Shown: piece by piece, positions 24,694 through 36,000 of the stretch
How positions within the stretch are numbered: the first letter of the stretch is position 1
Layout of the letters: each line of letters starts with the position of its first letter
From: a virus
Lineage: Duplodnaviria; Caudoviricetes
Virus record (IMG/VR): IMGVR_UViG_3300037424_001336
Coordinates: 1-61,859 of that record
Strand: one strand, 5' to 3'
Length of the DNA: 61,859 bases
Notes under the pieces: generated by a model
The model's database searches: none
What the model was told of the DNA's origin: nothing
Seen by the model: only the letters and a program-made list of their open reading frames with translations
Program-made: the position numbers and the translations under genes

Positions 24694-25773
24694 ATGACGG
24701 TCGAAATCCTCATCGGCGATGCGCGCACGGTTCTGGCCGGGATGCCGGATGCCTCGGTGCATTGCGCCGTGACCAGCCCGCCTTATTACGGTCTTCGGGA
24801 TTACGGCGTAGATGGGCAGCTCGGCCTTGAGACAACGCCGGATGAATATGTATCGGCCTTGGTCGGCGTGTTTCGCGAGGTACGCAGGGTGCTGCGCGAC
24901 GATGGAACGCTGTGGCTCAACCTGGGGGACTGCTACGCCTCACGGCCGAACGGCTCAATCGGCAAGGAAGGGCGGCTCGATGGAAACTACACGGCACACG
25001 CTGAGTTCCGGCGCGCCCACGCCTTGAGAAAACCCACGCTTCCGCCTCATCTGAAACACAAGGATCTGATCGGCATCCCCTGGATGGTGGCGTTCGCGCT
25101 GCGGGCGGATGGCTGGTATCTGCGCGGCGACAACATCTGGGCCAAGCCGAACGGCATGCCGGAGAGCACCAAGGACAGGCCGACCAAGGCCCACGAATAC
25201 GTCTTCGAGATGAGCAAGTCGGAAGCCTACTACTACGGCTACGAGGACGTGCGGCTGCCGCCGGTCCCGGAATCGGTGGGCCGGCTGGCGCGGGCCATGC
25301 GCGCCCACATGGACGGGCCCGATGATCCCGGTGCCGGTTCTTTGGTTGTCAGCGGCGGCGGCTATGCCCCGCCAGGCCAGCCGCCGCACAAGGGCACCCG
25401 CCGCAATGACAAGCAACGCGGACAGTCGCGCCGGCACAGCGGGTTTAATGACCGCTGGGACGCTATGTCGGCGGCCGAGCAGAAGGCCAATGGCGCGGCG
25501 CTTCGCTCGGTGTGGTGGATCGCACCAGGTGGTTTCCCGGGCGCACACTTCGCGGTTATGCCAGACGAAGTCGCGGCGACCTGCATTCTGGCAGGCTGTC
25601 CCGCCGGCGGCACGGTGTTGGATCCGTTCGGGGGTGCCGGAACCACGGGGCTCGTCGCCGACCGTCTCGGGCGCAATGCCATCTTGATCGAGTTGAACCC
25701 GGACTATGCAGAGATGGCGCGGGCGCGAGTCAGCAAAGATTCGCCGCTGTTCGCGAAAGTGGGCGTGGCGTGA
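24694..25773 (+). CDS. Beta-class N4-C/N6-A DNA methyltransferase
   Basis: VTSPPY, HFAVMP, VLDPFGGAGTT and IELNPDY. Confidence 0.95.
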   Translation: MTVEILIGDARTVLAGMPDASVHCAVTSPPYYGLRDYGVDGQLGLETTPDEYVSALVGVFREVRRVLRDDGTLWLNLGDCYASRPNGSIGKEGRLDGNYTAHAEFRRAHALRKPTLPPHLKHKDLIGIPWMVAFALRADGWYLRGDNIWAKPNGMPESTKDRPTKAHEYVFEMSKSEAYYYGYEDVRLPPVPESVGRLARAMRAHMDGPDDPGAGSLVVSGGGYAPPGQPPHKGTRRNDKQRGQSRRHSGFNDRWDAMSAAEQKANGAALRSVWWIAPGGFPGAHFAVMPDEVAATCILAGCPAGGTVLDPFGGAGTTGLVADRLGRNAILIELNPDYAEMARARVSKDSPLFAKVGVA

Positions 25774-25890
25774 TGGCCGCTTTTAATAAAGGCACCACCG
25801 GCACGATCTGGCCCTGGGAAATCATCTTTGATGACGAGCGCTGGCGGGCCCGGAGGTCGCGGCGGCACGTCAGATGTGGGAGAAAGATCA

Positions 25891-26070
25891 ATGCCAGCAG
25901 ATGATGACGACGAGCCCGACCCCATCATCCACGTATGCCAGGGACCGCCGGTCTGCATGTTGGAGGGTGACACCGCAGTAGCGGCGCAGCAGAATGGGTG
26001 TCCCTGGTGCAAGAGGATCATCGTGCACCCCGATGGAACGGAGACGGTCCTGGAGCCGTCGAGGCAGTGA
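25891..26070 (+). CDS. Small Cys-rich protein
   Basis: GGAG RBS; HVCQGPPVC...GCPWC. Confidence 0.6.
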   Translation: MPADDDDEPDPIIHVCQGPPVCMLEGDTAVAAQQNGCPWCKRIIVHPDGTETVLEPSRQ

Positions 26071-26089
26071 GGAAATCTGGAGGAATGCA

Positions 26090-26653
26090 ATGATGCACGA
26101 CGTCTTAGTTTTCTTTAGTGGCACCTTATTTGGCATCCTTCTTTTTGTCTGCACCCGTCGCCTTTTAGACTGGCTGTTTGACCAAGATGAATTTCTGGAT
26201 TGGTATGGCATTCTCCGCAGATCCTTTGGGCGACGCAGGATCATTAATCGCGGTGGAAAAGCCGATTTTTCCGCCATTCCCCAGGAACGAAAGGCGGAGT
26301 GGGCCAAGCAAACCGCGACGGCGGCCAGGGAGAGGGCCTTTTGGTGTGAAAATGGCTTCCTCTCCGCACCATCATCGCGCATGAGAGTTCGGCGGGCCGG
26401 GCTGCGGAGTTGGGTGGCGGAATATCAGGATAAAGATGGAAAAACTCATCAGCGGACATTCCCCACCATCAGCCAAGCCAAGGCGCACCTCGACAGGGCG
26501 GTGATTGATGAATCCGGAGGCTATGGTCATTGCGGCGGCCCGGGAGTTTCTGCCGGAACCGATCAAATTGCGGGTCGGTTTTTACCACTGGCTTGTAGGG
26601 GGCGTGGCGGCCTACTGGCCGGACGGATGCCGCCGTGCGGTTCGCATCTCTAA
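26090..26653 (+). CDS. Membrane-anchored protein carrying an integrase arm-binding-like domain
   Basis: GGAGG RBS; TM segment VLVFFSGTLFGILLFV; SWVAEYQDKDGKTHQRTFPTISQAKA resembles the integrase N-terminus. Confidence 0.6.
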   Translation: MMHDVLVFFSGTLFGILLFVCTRRLLDWLFDQDEFLDWYGILRRSFGRRRIINRGGKADFSAIPQERKAEWAKQTATAARERAFWCENGFLSAPSSRMRVRRAGLRSWVAEYQDKDGKTHQRTFPTISQAKAHLDRAVIDESGGYGHCGGPGVSAGTDQIAGRFLPLACRGRGGLLAGRMPPCGSHL

Positions 26654-26765
26654 CTTCTCTTTCCCAGAGACCCCCGAAGAAGCGACCGAATTCGGGCACA
26701 TGGCGGGAAAAAAGCTGGCGGCGTGGAAGAAGGACCGCCCCACCCCCCCCCACCTGAAGGCATGA
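26505..26765 (+). CDS. Hypothetical protein
   Basis: GGAGG before an internal ATG (26523); overlaps the preceding ORF. Confidence 0.5.
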   Translation: MMNPEAMVIAAAREFLPEPIKLRVGFYHWLVGGVAAYWPDGCRRAVRISNFSFPETPEEATEFGHMAGKKLAAWKKDRPTPPHLKA

Positions 26766-26769
26766 AATT

Positions 26770-27045
26770 ATGGAATTCAAGCCACATCCGATGGTTCCCG
26801 AGACCTGCCGGGCGGCCAGAGCATACTTGAATTGGCCGCAGAGCCAGCTTGCAAAGATGGCCACCGTCAACATCAATACCGTGAAGAAATTTGAGCGCCA
26901 TCTCACGACACCGATCATCAACAATCTGTATGCCATGCAGAGAGCCCTGGAAAATTCTGGCATCTTGTTCGTTGAGAATGAAAAAGGATCGATCGGTATC
27001 CTGTGGAGACCTAAATCCCCACCACCCAGACCTGAGCGGCCTTGA
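26770..27045 (+). CDS. XRE-family HTH regulator
   Basis: CRAARAYLNWPQSQLAKMATVNINTVKKFE...ALENSGILF. Confidence 0.85.
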   Translation: MEFKPHPMVPETCRAARAYLNWPQSQLAKMATVNINTVKKFERHLTTPIINNLYAMQRALENSGILFVENEKGSIGILWRPKSPPPRPERP

Positions 27046-28186
27046 TCAGATCGGCGTGATCCTGCCGGACCTCGTCGAATAGGTGGCCGTAGGTCGCCAT
27101 CGTGAAGGCCGCATCCTCGTGGCCGATCCATTCCGCGATCTGGTGCCAGTCGATGTGGCTCTTCTGTTGCAGCTGGACCGCGCCCCATAGCGAGACCGCG
27201 AAGTGCCGGAACTCGTGGGGACGGTACTTCGGCCTCGGAACCTCGACCTTGGCCTTGCCGTCCTTGCGCCGGCGCGTCACCGTGCGGACGCCCTCGACGA
27301 TCCCGAGCTTCACCTGGAGCGGGTTGAGCCACCGCTTCTGGATATTCGATAGGAAGAGCACGGAGCCCTCGCCATTGGTGAACAGCGGCTTCCCCCTCTC
27401 CCTGCCCTTCGTGAACTCCTTCATGGCGTGCTGGACCAGGGGAGGCATCGGGACGCGGCGCCGGCCAGCGTCGGTTTTGAGGTAGTCGGAGACGGTGGCG
27501 AACTTGTCGGCCGCCCGGCGCACCTTGATGAACCCATCCGTCCCGACGTCCTCGGGGTAGAGCGCCCGGATTTCCCCCCAGCGCAGCCCGCAGAACATCG
27601 ATATGAGCAGCATGGGCCTCAGCGTGCCGGCGGCGCTGTCCGCCATCAGGCGGGCCTCCTGGCGCTCCGGGATGCGCTTCTTGCGGATGACCTGGGTGCG
27701 CCGTCTCGGCGCCCGTCTCCGCTTCGGGACCGGGTTGAGCGTGGCGGCCCCGGTACGAATCGCCTCGTCGAAGATGGCCGACAGGGTATTGCGGACCCGA
27801 CGTTTCATGTCGCGGCTGCATTCCAGGTCGACGTCGAGGAAGTGTTGCACCTTGGGGGATGTCAGTCGGCTGACCAGGACGGTGCCGAGATAGGGCCGGA
27901 TGTATTTCTCGATCCGGCCCTTGTCGCCCTCGATCGTCGCGGGGGCGAACTCTTCCGCCTCGCGGGCGGTGATGAAGTTGTCACAGGCCTTGCCGATGGT
28001 GATCGACACCGAATCGGCGACGTGAGTTCCCTTGCCCGATTCCTCGACCGCCTTGCGCTCGGCGGCCTCGGCCAGTTTCTTGGTGGGGAACGTGGGCTGG
28101 TGGCGCTTGCCGTGCTGGTCGCGGTAGTCGGCAACCCAGCCGCGCTCACCCTTCGCATTCCGGTATGTGGACCGCCGCACCGCCAT
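27011..28186 (-). CDS. int: Tyrosine integrase
   Basis: Arm domain; GLRWGE (R), LKT (K), HEFRH, IGH and TYGH (Y). Possible leaderless promoter TTGACC-17-CACCAT just upstream. Confidence 0.95.
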   Translation of the reverse strand: MAVRRSTYRNAKGERGWVADYRDQHGKRHQPTFPTKKLAEAAERKAVEESGKGTHVADSVSITIGKACDNFITAREAEEFAPATIEGDKGRIEKYIRPYLGTVLVSRLTSPKVQHFLDVDLECSRDMKRRVRNTLSAIFDEAIRTGAATLNPVPKRRRAPRRRTQVIRKKRIPERQEARLMADSAAGTLRPMLLISMFCGLRWGEIRALYPEDVGTDGFIKVRRAADKFATVSDYLKTDAGRRRVPMPPLVQHAMKEFTKGRERGKPLFTNGEGSVLFLSNIQKRWLNPLQVKLGIVEGVRTVTRRRKDGKAKVEVPRPKYRPHEFRHFAVSLWGAVQLQQKSHIDWHQIAEWIGHEDAAFTMATYGHLFDEVRQDHADLIKAAQVWVVGI

Positions 28187-28358
28187 GGGCGGAATGGTGG
28201 CGCAACGTCATGGCGCGGTCAAGAGCGGGGCTTGTTCCATTGTACAATCCAGCACCATCGCCGTCTCGGCATAGCTTCTGCATAATTTTCGCTGGTTTTG
28301 CCGTGCCCCCCGGCAGCCCCATGTTAATTTTTGCGACCATCCAGGATGGGCGGATTTC

Positions 28359-28526
28359 TTAACAAGCCACGTTCCCCTCGAGACGGCTGGCAGCCTTCTC
28401 CGCCCTCACCCGGGTCGAGAAGTAGGCCAGGACCAGGCCGTAGGCATCGTCGATCAGCACCCATCTCCGTTCGGGTTCCGACGTTTCGTCGTGGAGGACG
28501 CGGTAGCGGGTCAGCCCATCAGCCAC
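28359..28526 (-). CDS. Small hypothetical protein (not in the ORF track)
   Basis: GGAGG RBS and GTG start: ADGLTRYRVLHDETSEPERRWVLIDDAYG... Confidence 0.5.
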   Translation of the reverse strand: MADGLTRYRVLHDETSEPERRWVLIDDAYGLVLAYFSTRVRAEKAASRLEGNVAC

Positions 28527-28954
28527 AGGTCGGCCTCCGCTTGCCGCCGCAGGACAAGCCCGGGGAGCTTCCGGCCGCCGGCGTTGACCCAGCGCATGAA
28601 CTGCCCGGGGATGTCGTCCCAGTCCATTGCGTTGATGTGCTTGAGAAGGGTCGATGCCTGGAGCGCGCCGGAACCCAGATTGAACGCGAAGCTAACGAGC
28701 GCCCCATGCTGCCGTTCTGAAATGGGCACGATGACCATCTTGGAAACGGAGCGATCGAAGCGGGCGAGGTCGCGGGTCAGAAGCGCGTCGGCCTGTTCTT
28801 GCGTAATGGGCGAGTGGCTCTTCGTCACGCGCTTGCCGTCGGAGCCGTAGGTCGCGCCGTAGCCTATCGTCCACACCAGGGCGGGGCAGAGATAGGGCTT
28901 GAGGCGCAACCCCTCGAACCGCTTGATGACGGCGACGGCGTCAGCGTGAACCAT
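28511..28954 (-). CDS. Endolysin (GH24 lysozyme)
   Basis: IKRFEGLRLKPYLCPALVWTIGYG with the E-C-T triad; GLVLRRQAE. Confidence 0.95.
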   Translation of the reverse strand: MVHADAVAVIKRFEGLRLKPYLCPALVWTIGYGATYGSDGKRVTKSHSPITQEQADALLTRDLARFDRSVSKMVIVPISERQHGALVSFAFNLGSGALQASTLLKHINAMDWDDIPGQFMRWVNAGGRKLPGLVLRRQAEADLWLMG

Positions 28955-29468
28955 AGCGCGACCGGATGGCCTGAACCGTCGTGCTGGTGGTGCGGTAGCC
29001 GAACAAGTACCCCAAGACCGCCTGGATCGAATCGCCCACCAGGGAGCCCCAGATTGCCGTCGAGAGGCGCCCCCAATCGTCTGGGATGGAAAGGTCGATG
29101 GCCCCAATCAGCGACCAGGTGTAGGCCCCGGCGGTGAAGACGAAGAGAAGCATCAGGGCGGCAGCCGTGGCGGGGCGGATCATCGCGTTGAAGCCGTCCA
29201 CCCATTTGATGCCGGTTGGCTTTTGCGCCGCGTAAATAGCCTTCATCTGCTCGCCAAACGCCTTCATTTCTTCAACCACGACGTTGGCGTCGATCTCGGC
29301 CAGCTTGGCGTCGGTTTGGGCCTGAAGCATTTTCAGTTGCAGTTCGGCCTGCTTGTCGAGCCGTTCCAGTTCCCGGCCATGCTCGCGGCTGGCCTTGATC
29401 TCCTTGAAGATGTCCGGCAGCAGCCCGCCGAACATGCCGAGCACGCTGGAAATCAGGCTGATGATCAT
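28941..29468 (-). CDS. Holin-like membrane protein
   Basis: N-terminal hydrophobic segment, WVDGFNAMIRP, two TM segments, YLFGYRT; directly upstream of the endolysin. Confidence 0.75.
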   Translation of the reverse strand: MIISLISSVLGMFGGLLPDIFKEIKASREHGRELERLDKQAELQLKMLQAQTDAKLAEIDANVVVEEMKAFGEQMKAIYAAQKPTGIKWVDGFNAMIRPATAAALMLLFVFTAGAYTWSLIGAIDLSIPDDWGRLSTAIWGSLVGDSIQAVLGYLFGYRTTSTTVQAIRSRYGSR

Positions 29469-29469
29469 C

Positions 29470-29754
29470 TCAACCTCCTTTGCTGAAAATCTCCCGGAGG
29501 CCCCCGGCGAGAGCCGCCATGAAGCCGACCACGAACACGGTGGTGATGGTTCTGGCAATCCAGGTGGACATCGAGTTGAACCGGAACCGCGACCCCCGCA
29601 TGAAGGCGAAGTCCTGTTGCAGCGCCTTGACGTCGTCGCTGTCGTCGATGTTGTAGCCGAGCAGCGAGTAGTGCTGTCGAAGCACGCAATGGGCGGCAGA
29701 TTTTCCGATGGCCTCGATCTCGACCGTCGACAACAGCCGGGGGTCTTCTGTCAT
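29470..29754 (-). CDS. Lysis-region membrane protein
   Basis: C-terminal TM segment; LGYNIDD..DVKALQQDFAFMR. Confidence 0.7.
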   Translation of the reverse strand: MTEDPRLLSTVEIEAIGKSAAHCVLRQHYSLLGYNIDDSDDVKALQQDFAFMRGSRFRFNSMSTWIARTITTVFVVGFMAALAGGLREIFSKGG

Positions 29755-30053
29755 GGGACGTTCCACTTCGCTTTCTGGGGGGCGGATTGAATGGATTCCC
29801 AGTAGGCGCCGGCCGCCATCAGGCAGCTGACTCCCTCGGGGTCTGTGACGATGATGGTCCAGGTCGCACCGCCCGGCGAGGCCAGGACTTCGACGACTCC
29901 ACCAGTGTTGGCAAGGCCAATGGCGACGGGGGCTTCGGCAAACTGGCTCTTCAGGTTGCTCAACAGGTCTGCCCTCTTCGAACACACCATCTGGGCCTGG
30001 GCCGAGCCCATGAAAAAAGCCGCCGAGGCGGCCAGAAGCGTCAGGCGGAGCAT
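29751..30053 (-). CDS. Small secreted protein
   Basis: Signal peptide ending AQA; C..R..L...TWTII...G.SCL.AAG..WE. Confidence 0.75.
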   Translation of the reverse strand: MLRLTLLAASAAFFMGSAQAQMVCSKRADLLSNLKSQFAEAPVAIGLANTGGVVEVLASPGGATWTIIVTDPEGVSCLMAAGAYWESIQSAPQKAKWNVP

Positions 30054-30054
30054 G

Positions 30055-33000
30055 CTATCCCCCCTTCTCGTTCGGGATGGCTTCCTTGGCAAGGCCCCAG
30101 ATCTCGGGGCGGAGCTGCTTCCTCGTCCTTTCCACGGTTCTCAGGACCCGCGGTTCGAAGGCTTTCTTCAAGGCGGCGCTGACCTGGCGGTGCGAAATCA
30201 CGACGCCGTCACGGCGCGACTCCCTGGCCACCTCGCCCAGGATATCGGAGAGACGATCCTTGCTCCCGGCGTCGCCATACCTGCGGTAGGCGTCGATGAT
30301 CCGGTTCGTGTAGATCTGCGTCTTCTCCTTGGTCTTGGCTTCGTCGTGCTGCTGGATGGCGTCGACGTCCCGGAGTTCGGCGATGTGGCGCGGCGTGCCG
30401 CCGACCGCCATGCGGGCCAGGTCCATGTTCGACAGGATGCGCTCGTCGTATTCCAGGGCGCCGCCCTTCCAGGGATTGGTATAGGCGACCTTGCCGTCGG
30501 CCAGGGCCTCGAAGAAGACCTTGGGACGCAAGGCCATATCCTGGATCGGCAGCCCGTTGGCCATGGCTTCCAGGCTTTTCAGCGGCCGGCCGATACCGGT
30601 GCTGAGATTGCGCAGATGGTCGGCCACGGTGGCGTTGAGTTCGCCCAGCCTGACCGCGCTCTCCAGGGTGGACACCCACGGCCCCTTGAAGTCCCTGAAC
30701 TCGAGCGGCAGGAACTTGTCGCCGACGCCGGCACGAGCCGACATATCTTCCCCGATCAGGCCGGGCAGCCCGCGGATGATCAGGTTGGCCGCCGAACCCC
30801 AAGCCTTGCCCTCGGCCTGAGCCTTGAGCGCCAGGCGCTTGATTTCTGTGATCGGCGAGAAATCGGCCAGCCAGTTGATAAGCTCGTCCAGAAGATCGAG
30901 CATGGGAAACCCGAGGACGCCGGCCACCAGGAACATGGAGACCAGGAACTTGCCGACTTCCGGCGTTGCCCACCCGGTAAGGGCGTTGCCGGTCGGCTTT
31001 TTGAGCCCGGCAATGAAGGCAATCTCCTGCATCACGAAGTTCTTGAACTGGCCGGGAACCCTGAGGAAGATGCCGCGCAGGATCTCCGGCTTCTGCGCGT
31101 TGCCGTAATGGAACTGCGTCTTCACCATCATGGCTTCGCCGCGCTTGAAGGCGTCGCCTTCCGAAGCCCCGGCGTCGATGGCCTTCTGGTAGGCGCCCAG
31201 GAACGAGACCGCCCGGTTGAACTGTTCCGCCTTGCTGAACAGGTAGAGCGAGGCGTGGGCCAGCGTCGATTCCCGGGAGAACTGCGCCGTCCCCTGCTCC
31301 GTGTACTTGAAGGCCGACACGATGTCGGCGCGTTCCAGCAGACGCCAGTAGCGGTCCGGCTTCCCCGTCGCCCTCGATCCGACGGCCTGGCTCAACAGCT
31401 TCATGCCCGTCATCGTGTAGGTCCCCAGCACGGGAACCGTATTGATCAGGGTCTGCGACAGGTTGACCACGGGGCTGAATACGTTGAAGAAGGACCCCAG
31501 CTTGAGGTGCGCCATGTCGCCCAGCATGGCTCCGGTCAGGGCCCGGCTCTTGAACGAACCGCCGTCGTGGAGCGCCCGATAGACCCGATACCCGACGTAG
31601 GACCCGGCGACGACTCCGACGGCGGGGCTGGCCGAAATCCCGAACATCGTAGTGGCGGCCATCGCGGTGCCGGAAAGAAGGGCCATGCGCACCGGCTTGG
31701 CCCAGGGCTTGTCCAGGATCTCGTCGATCTGGTTTTCCAGGGGCTGCTTCTGGCCGTTGACGTCGCGGAACCAGGACAGCACGGCGGCGCGCAGCGTGTC
31801 GCTGCTGGCGGTGGCACTCCGGTGCGGCGAAATCCCCAGCCGCTCCATGGTGCTGATCGCCTCGTATTTCAGCTTGTCCAGCATGACATAGCGAACGGCC
31901 TCGCCCATGTGGGTGCGCATCACCCGGTCGAAGTCCTTGCTGTAGCCGGGGACGCCTTGCCGGAACAGAGTGAATCCGGCGATGCGGCGGCGGAACGGTT
32001 TGCGGGCGACGCCATTGACCAAGTCGCGCAACTCCTCGCCCTGGATCTGGAGGGCGGTGCCGACCTGGGACATGAACTTCCAGTATGAGGCATCGGTCAG
32101 AGCCGTGGCCCCGGAGTTGGGGAACTGGAACTGGACCGGACGGACCACAAGATTGGCGCTGCCGTCGGCGGCCAGCACGGCGCCGGCCGCCTTGACCGCC
32201 GATTCCCGGTCCGGGAAGAAGCCGTGGTCGCCGGCCACCAGGGTGTGGACGGGGCCGTCTTCCCCCCCCTCGACCCGGTAGACCGCCCAGGTGCCGAAGA
32301 ACTTGTGCGGCACGTAGCCCTTGCGGCGGCGAATCGACGTCTTGGCAAGTTCGGCGTCGATGCGGTCGACCTCGGCGGTCAGCTCCGCGTACTCGTCGGT
32401 GGCCTCGCGCTTGATCTTCAGTTCGGCCTCGACGGCGTCCAGTTCGGTGGCGATGGTTTCCGGGTTTCCCTCGCCGCTCCGCAGCCTGGAGCGCAGGGCG
32501 CCCCGCTTGTTGAGGAGTCTCCGGAACTCGGGGTCGCTCATGTCGCGGAGATGCGCCATGCGCTTCATCGCCGCGAACTTCCGGGCCCGCAGCTTGGGCA
32601 GCATGGAACGACGGTGCTGATCGACGAAGCGGCCCACGGTTTCGAAGATGTCGCGGACTTCCTGATAGGCCTCGGCCACCTTCTCGTCCTGTCCTGACAG
32701 GTCGGCGGCCGTGAATTCCTTCTGCTCCGCGTCGCCGGCAAAGAGAAGGTCGGAAAGCGCGTCGAACTGTTTCGACGACAACTCGCGGCGGACCGCGTCA
32801 TACCGCGTGTTGAGGCGCTTCACGAACTTCGACATATAGACTTCGGTCTGGACGCCGAAACGCTGCAGCTGGGCCAGCTCTGGCCACCGCTTGAACGCGG
32901 CTTGCGGGGTGTAGAAATAGCGCTTCACCAGATTGAGGTCGCCGACGTCCTTGCGCTCCTCGATGGTGAGGCGGCCATTCTGTCCGAGACTGTCGGGGTC

Positions 33001-36000
33001 GATGCTGAACCGGACCTTGCCCATGGCCTTGACGACGGAGCGGATTTCCCGCTGGCCCTTGCGGCGCAGCGCGGTGGCGTCGATGTCCTTGCCAAGAAGA
33101 TCCTCGGCCTCGGCCTTGTAGTCGGCCTCGGTCATGGGTTCGACCGTGTCGTTGGCGGCGGTCTCTTCCGCCTCCCGTCGCCCGACCTCTCCGCTATCGA
33201 TGGCCCCGAAGATGTCGTCAACGGTTTTGTAGCCGCGTCCGGTCAGCGCCTCGCGCAGGGCCTGGAAGAACTTCTTGATCACATTGAACAGGCGCAGCAG
33301 CCGGCCGCCGACCTGGCTCCGCCCGGACGTCCAGTCCGCGAACATGTCGGCGATGGCTTCCTCGACCAGTTGCTCCTCGGGTAGGCTGTACGCGGCGTAG
33401 CGGTCGCGGATGTCGGACATGCGCTCCACATCGGCTCGCGCCGCTCGCTCCAGGACGGACCATTCCGCCTCGGCAAACAGGCCAAGGTCCCGCAGAGCGT
33501 GGATGATCTCATGGTCCAGGGTCCAGGCCTTTTCCGGGGCCTCGAGCGACACCTCGATCAGTTTCATGTGGCCGCGGTAGACGCCGTCGATCGCCGCCTT
33601 GGAACCGTCGCCGGCAACCGCGTCGATGCCTTCCGACAGCCGCAGCGCGACGCGGTCCGAGATCCCGATCTGCCCCAGGCGCTTCGTCAAGTCGGCGCCG
33701 ATCGCCTCGACGTCCTGGGCGAACTCGGGCCGCAGGCTGTAGAACACCCGGCCCTGCGACTTGATCACGTCGTCGCGATAGAGTATCTTGGCTTTCACCG
33801 ATGCGGTCGACTGGCGCCGCCCGCCACCGACCACTTCTTCGGCAGAGCGCCGAGGGCTGCGGATCCCCGATGGGGCAGCCACTCCTTCACCGGACGCGGG
33901 ACGGAATTGTACCTGGGCGGACCGCGAGAGACCGGAAACCCTCGACGCCGCCTTCCTGTCACGGATGTAGACCTTGCCCGGTTCCGCCATGGCGTGGGCC
34001 ACGAAGCCGAGCATTCTGGCCGTTCCGGGCTCGTCCATGTCATGCGTCGGCGTGATGGTGCGGATCTCGCCATTCCTCAACCCGACGATGATGGGCTCGC
34101 CCTTCTTCGTGGTGGCGTCGATGACGACGCTCACCGTCCCGTCCCGGCGGGAGTGGACATAGAGCGGGTCGGCGACCATCTCTGGCAGCCGCTTCCACAC
34201 CTCGGTCGGGATGTCGCGGTGCTTGTTGGCGATGTCGGTCGCGATCTCCGGGCTGAGGGAGACGTCGCGGTTCGGCAGGCCCATCGCCTCAAGGACGTAG
34301 AACCGCCAACCCAGTTTCTGTTTCGTGACGGGCTGGCCGGCCAGCAGCCGGTCGGCGAAGCGGCCCCACTTCTCCGCGTCGGCCTCGAACAGGTCGGTGC
34401 GACCGTCGGGGCCGGTGGAGACGGATTCGCGGCGGAGTGAGTAGAACTTGCTGGTCGAAGCCGGCTTGCCGAGATGGGCGCGCAGTCTCCGGATGGCCGA
34501 GAGGCCCCCGGTGATGGTGAACTTGGTTTCCTTGCCGCGCGCCGTACGCAGGGTAAATTCGACGGGAACCGGGCGCTTGATCTCCGTTCCCTTCAGCGAC
34601 CCCTTCATGGCGTTGCTGCCATCGGTTCGGCCGCGATCGTAGATCTTCTTCTCGGTATCGGACAGGACGGCTGGCCCGAAATCGCCTTCGCCGGTCACTG
34701 CATCCATGTAACCCTGGGCGTATAGGAGCTTCTGGGGCTCGCGAGGCTCCGGCTTCCATCCGGCCAGCCCGTCATAGGTTTGCTTCCAAAGCCGGCCATA
34801 CTCGGTGTCGAGCATCGCAGCCTCGGCCTTGTCCAGATCAGCCGTCGTTTCGGCCTGGAGTTGCCCCGCCGCAGCCCTGGTCTCTTTGGGAATGTTCGGA
34901 GCAAGCCGCTTGGCGTCGGCGTCGTCGAGCATGCGCGCCAGGGCCTCGCTGCTCTGGGGGGCGCGGTTGGGCAGCGTGCCGGGAGGAACCTGCCGAGGCT
35001 TGGTTTCCGCCGGGGCCTGCGCTTCGGGTGTGGTTTCTGGCTTTGGCTTCGTAACCGGCTTCGCCTGGGCTTTTTTCGGCGCATCCTGGGGAGCAGGTCC
35101 GGCGGCCGCCCTGATCACCGCCTCGACATCGGCAGCGAACGCGGAATTGTGCAGATGCGAGGCGACGGCCGTCTCCGGCACGGGGTCGCCGCGCCGCATC
35201 GCGGCGAGGATCGCGGCCCGGTGTTCCTGCTCGGCCTTGGCGTAGTCGCGCTTCTTGATCCTGGTGGCCTCCGGGTCGACGCCCCGCGTCCTGTCCCCGG
35301 CCACCGCCCACTTCGGCCCCCACTTGGTGGCGGCGAATTGCGAGAACGACTGCTTCCAGGGTTCGGCGGATTCGTCGTTGGCCGGCTGCTGCACCTCTTG
35401 CACGACGGGGGTTTCCTGATCGGTCGCCCCCGGCGGCGCTGCTGGCGGCGGTGGCGCCGCCGGGGGCTCCCCGCGCGGCTCGACCGAGGGGGCGGCCTCG
35501 GGAGCTGCGGCAGGCTGGGGTTTCGTGTAGGCCAGCGGTTTAGTGGTGTCGCCGTTGGCCAGCCATTCCTTGAACTCGGCGGTGTTCATGGCGGTCACGG
35601 CGCCGCGCCGGACCGCGCCGGCGCCGTCGTTGAAGTGGACGTCATAGAGGAAATGGGCGTCGCCCAGGTTGCTGGCGCCCAGGATGGCCTTGTGCTCGTC
35701 GAAGTTCCCGGTGGCCGGGTCGATCTGGTCGACGACGAAGACCTGGTCTGAATTGTCGTCGATGCCGAGATAGACGTCGATCCCGTCGCCGTCCTTGCCC
35801 TCGGAGCGTTTCAGGTAGCCGTAGTGGGCCATCATCTTGACCGACCACGGCTTCCCGTCGGCGCCGGTCCCGCTGCGCGTCGACCCCCGGGGGTTCTCGA
35901 TGGCGATGTCGAGGCCCTTCCAGGTGACGTGAGCCTTGCGATAATTTCCAACCTCTTTCATTGCCGGTGTCGGTTCGGTGTCGACGCGCTGGGCCGCGAC

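Noticed and set aside
29845-32088. Long plus-strand ORFs opposite late genes (also 38536-40476, 50119-52155 and others)
   Set aside because: Codon-bias shadows of well-supported minus-strand genes.
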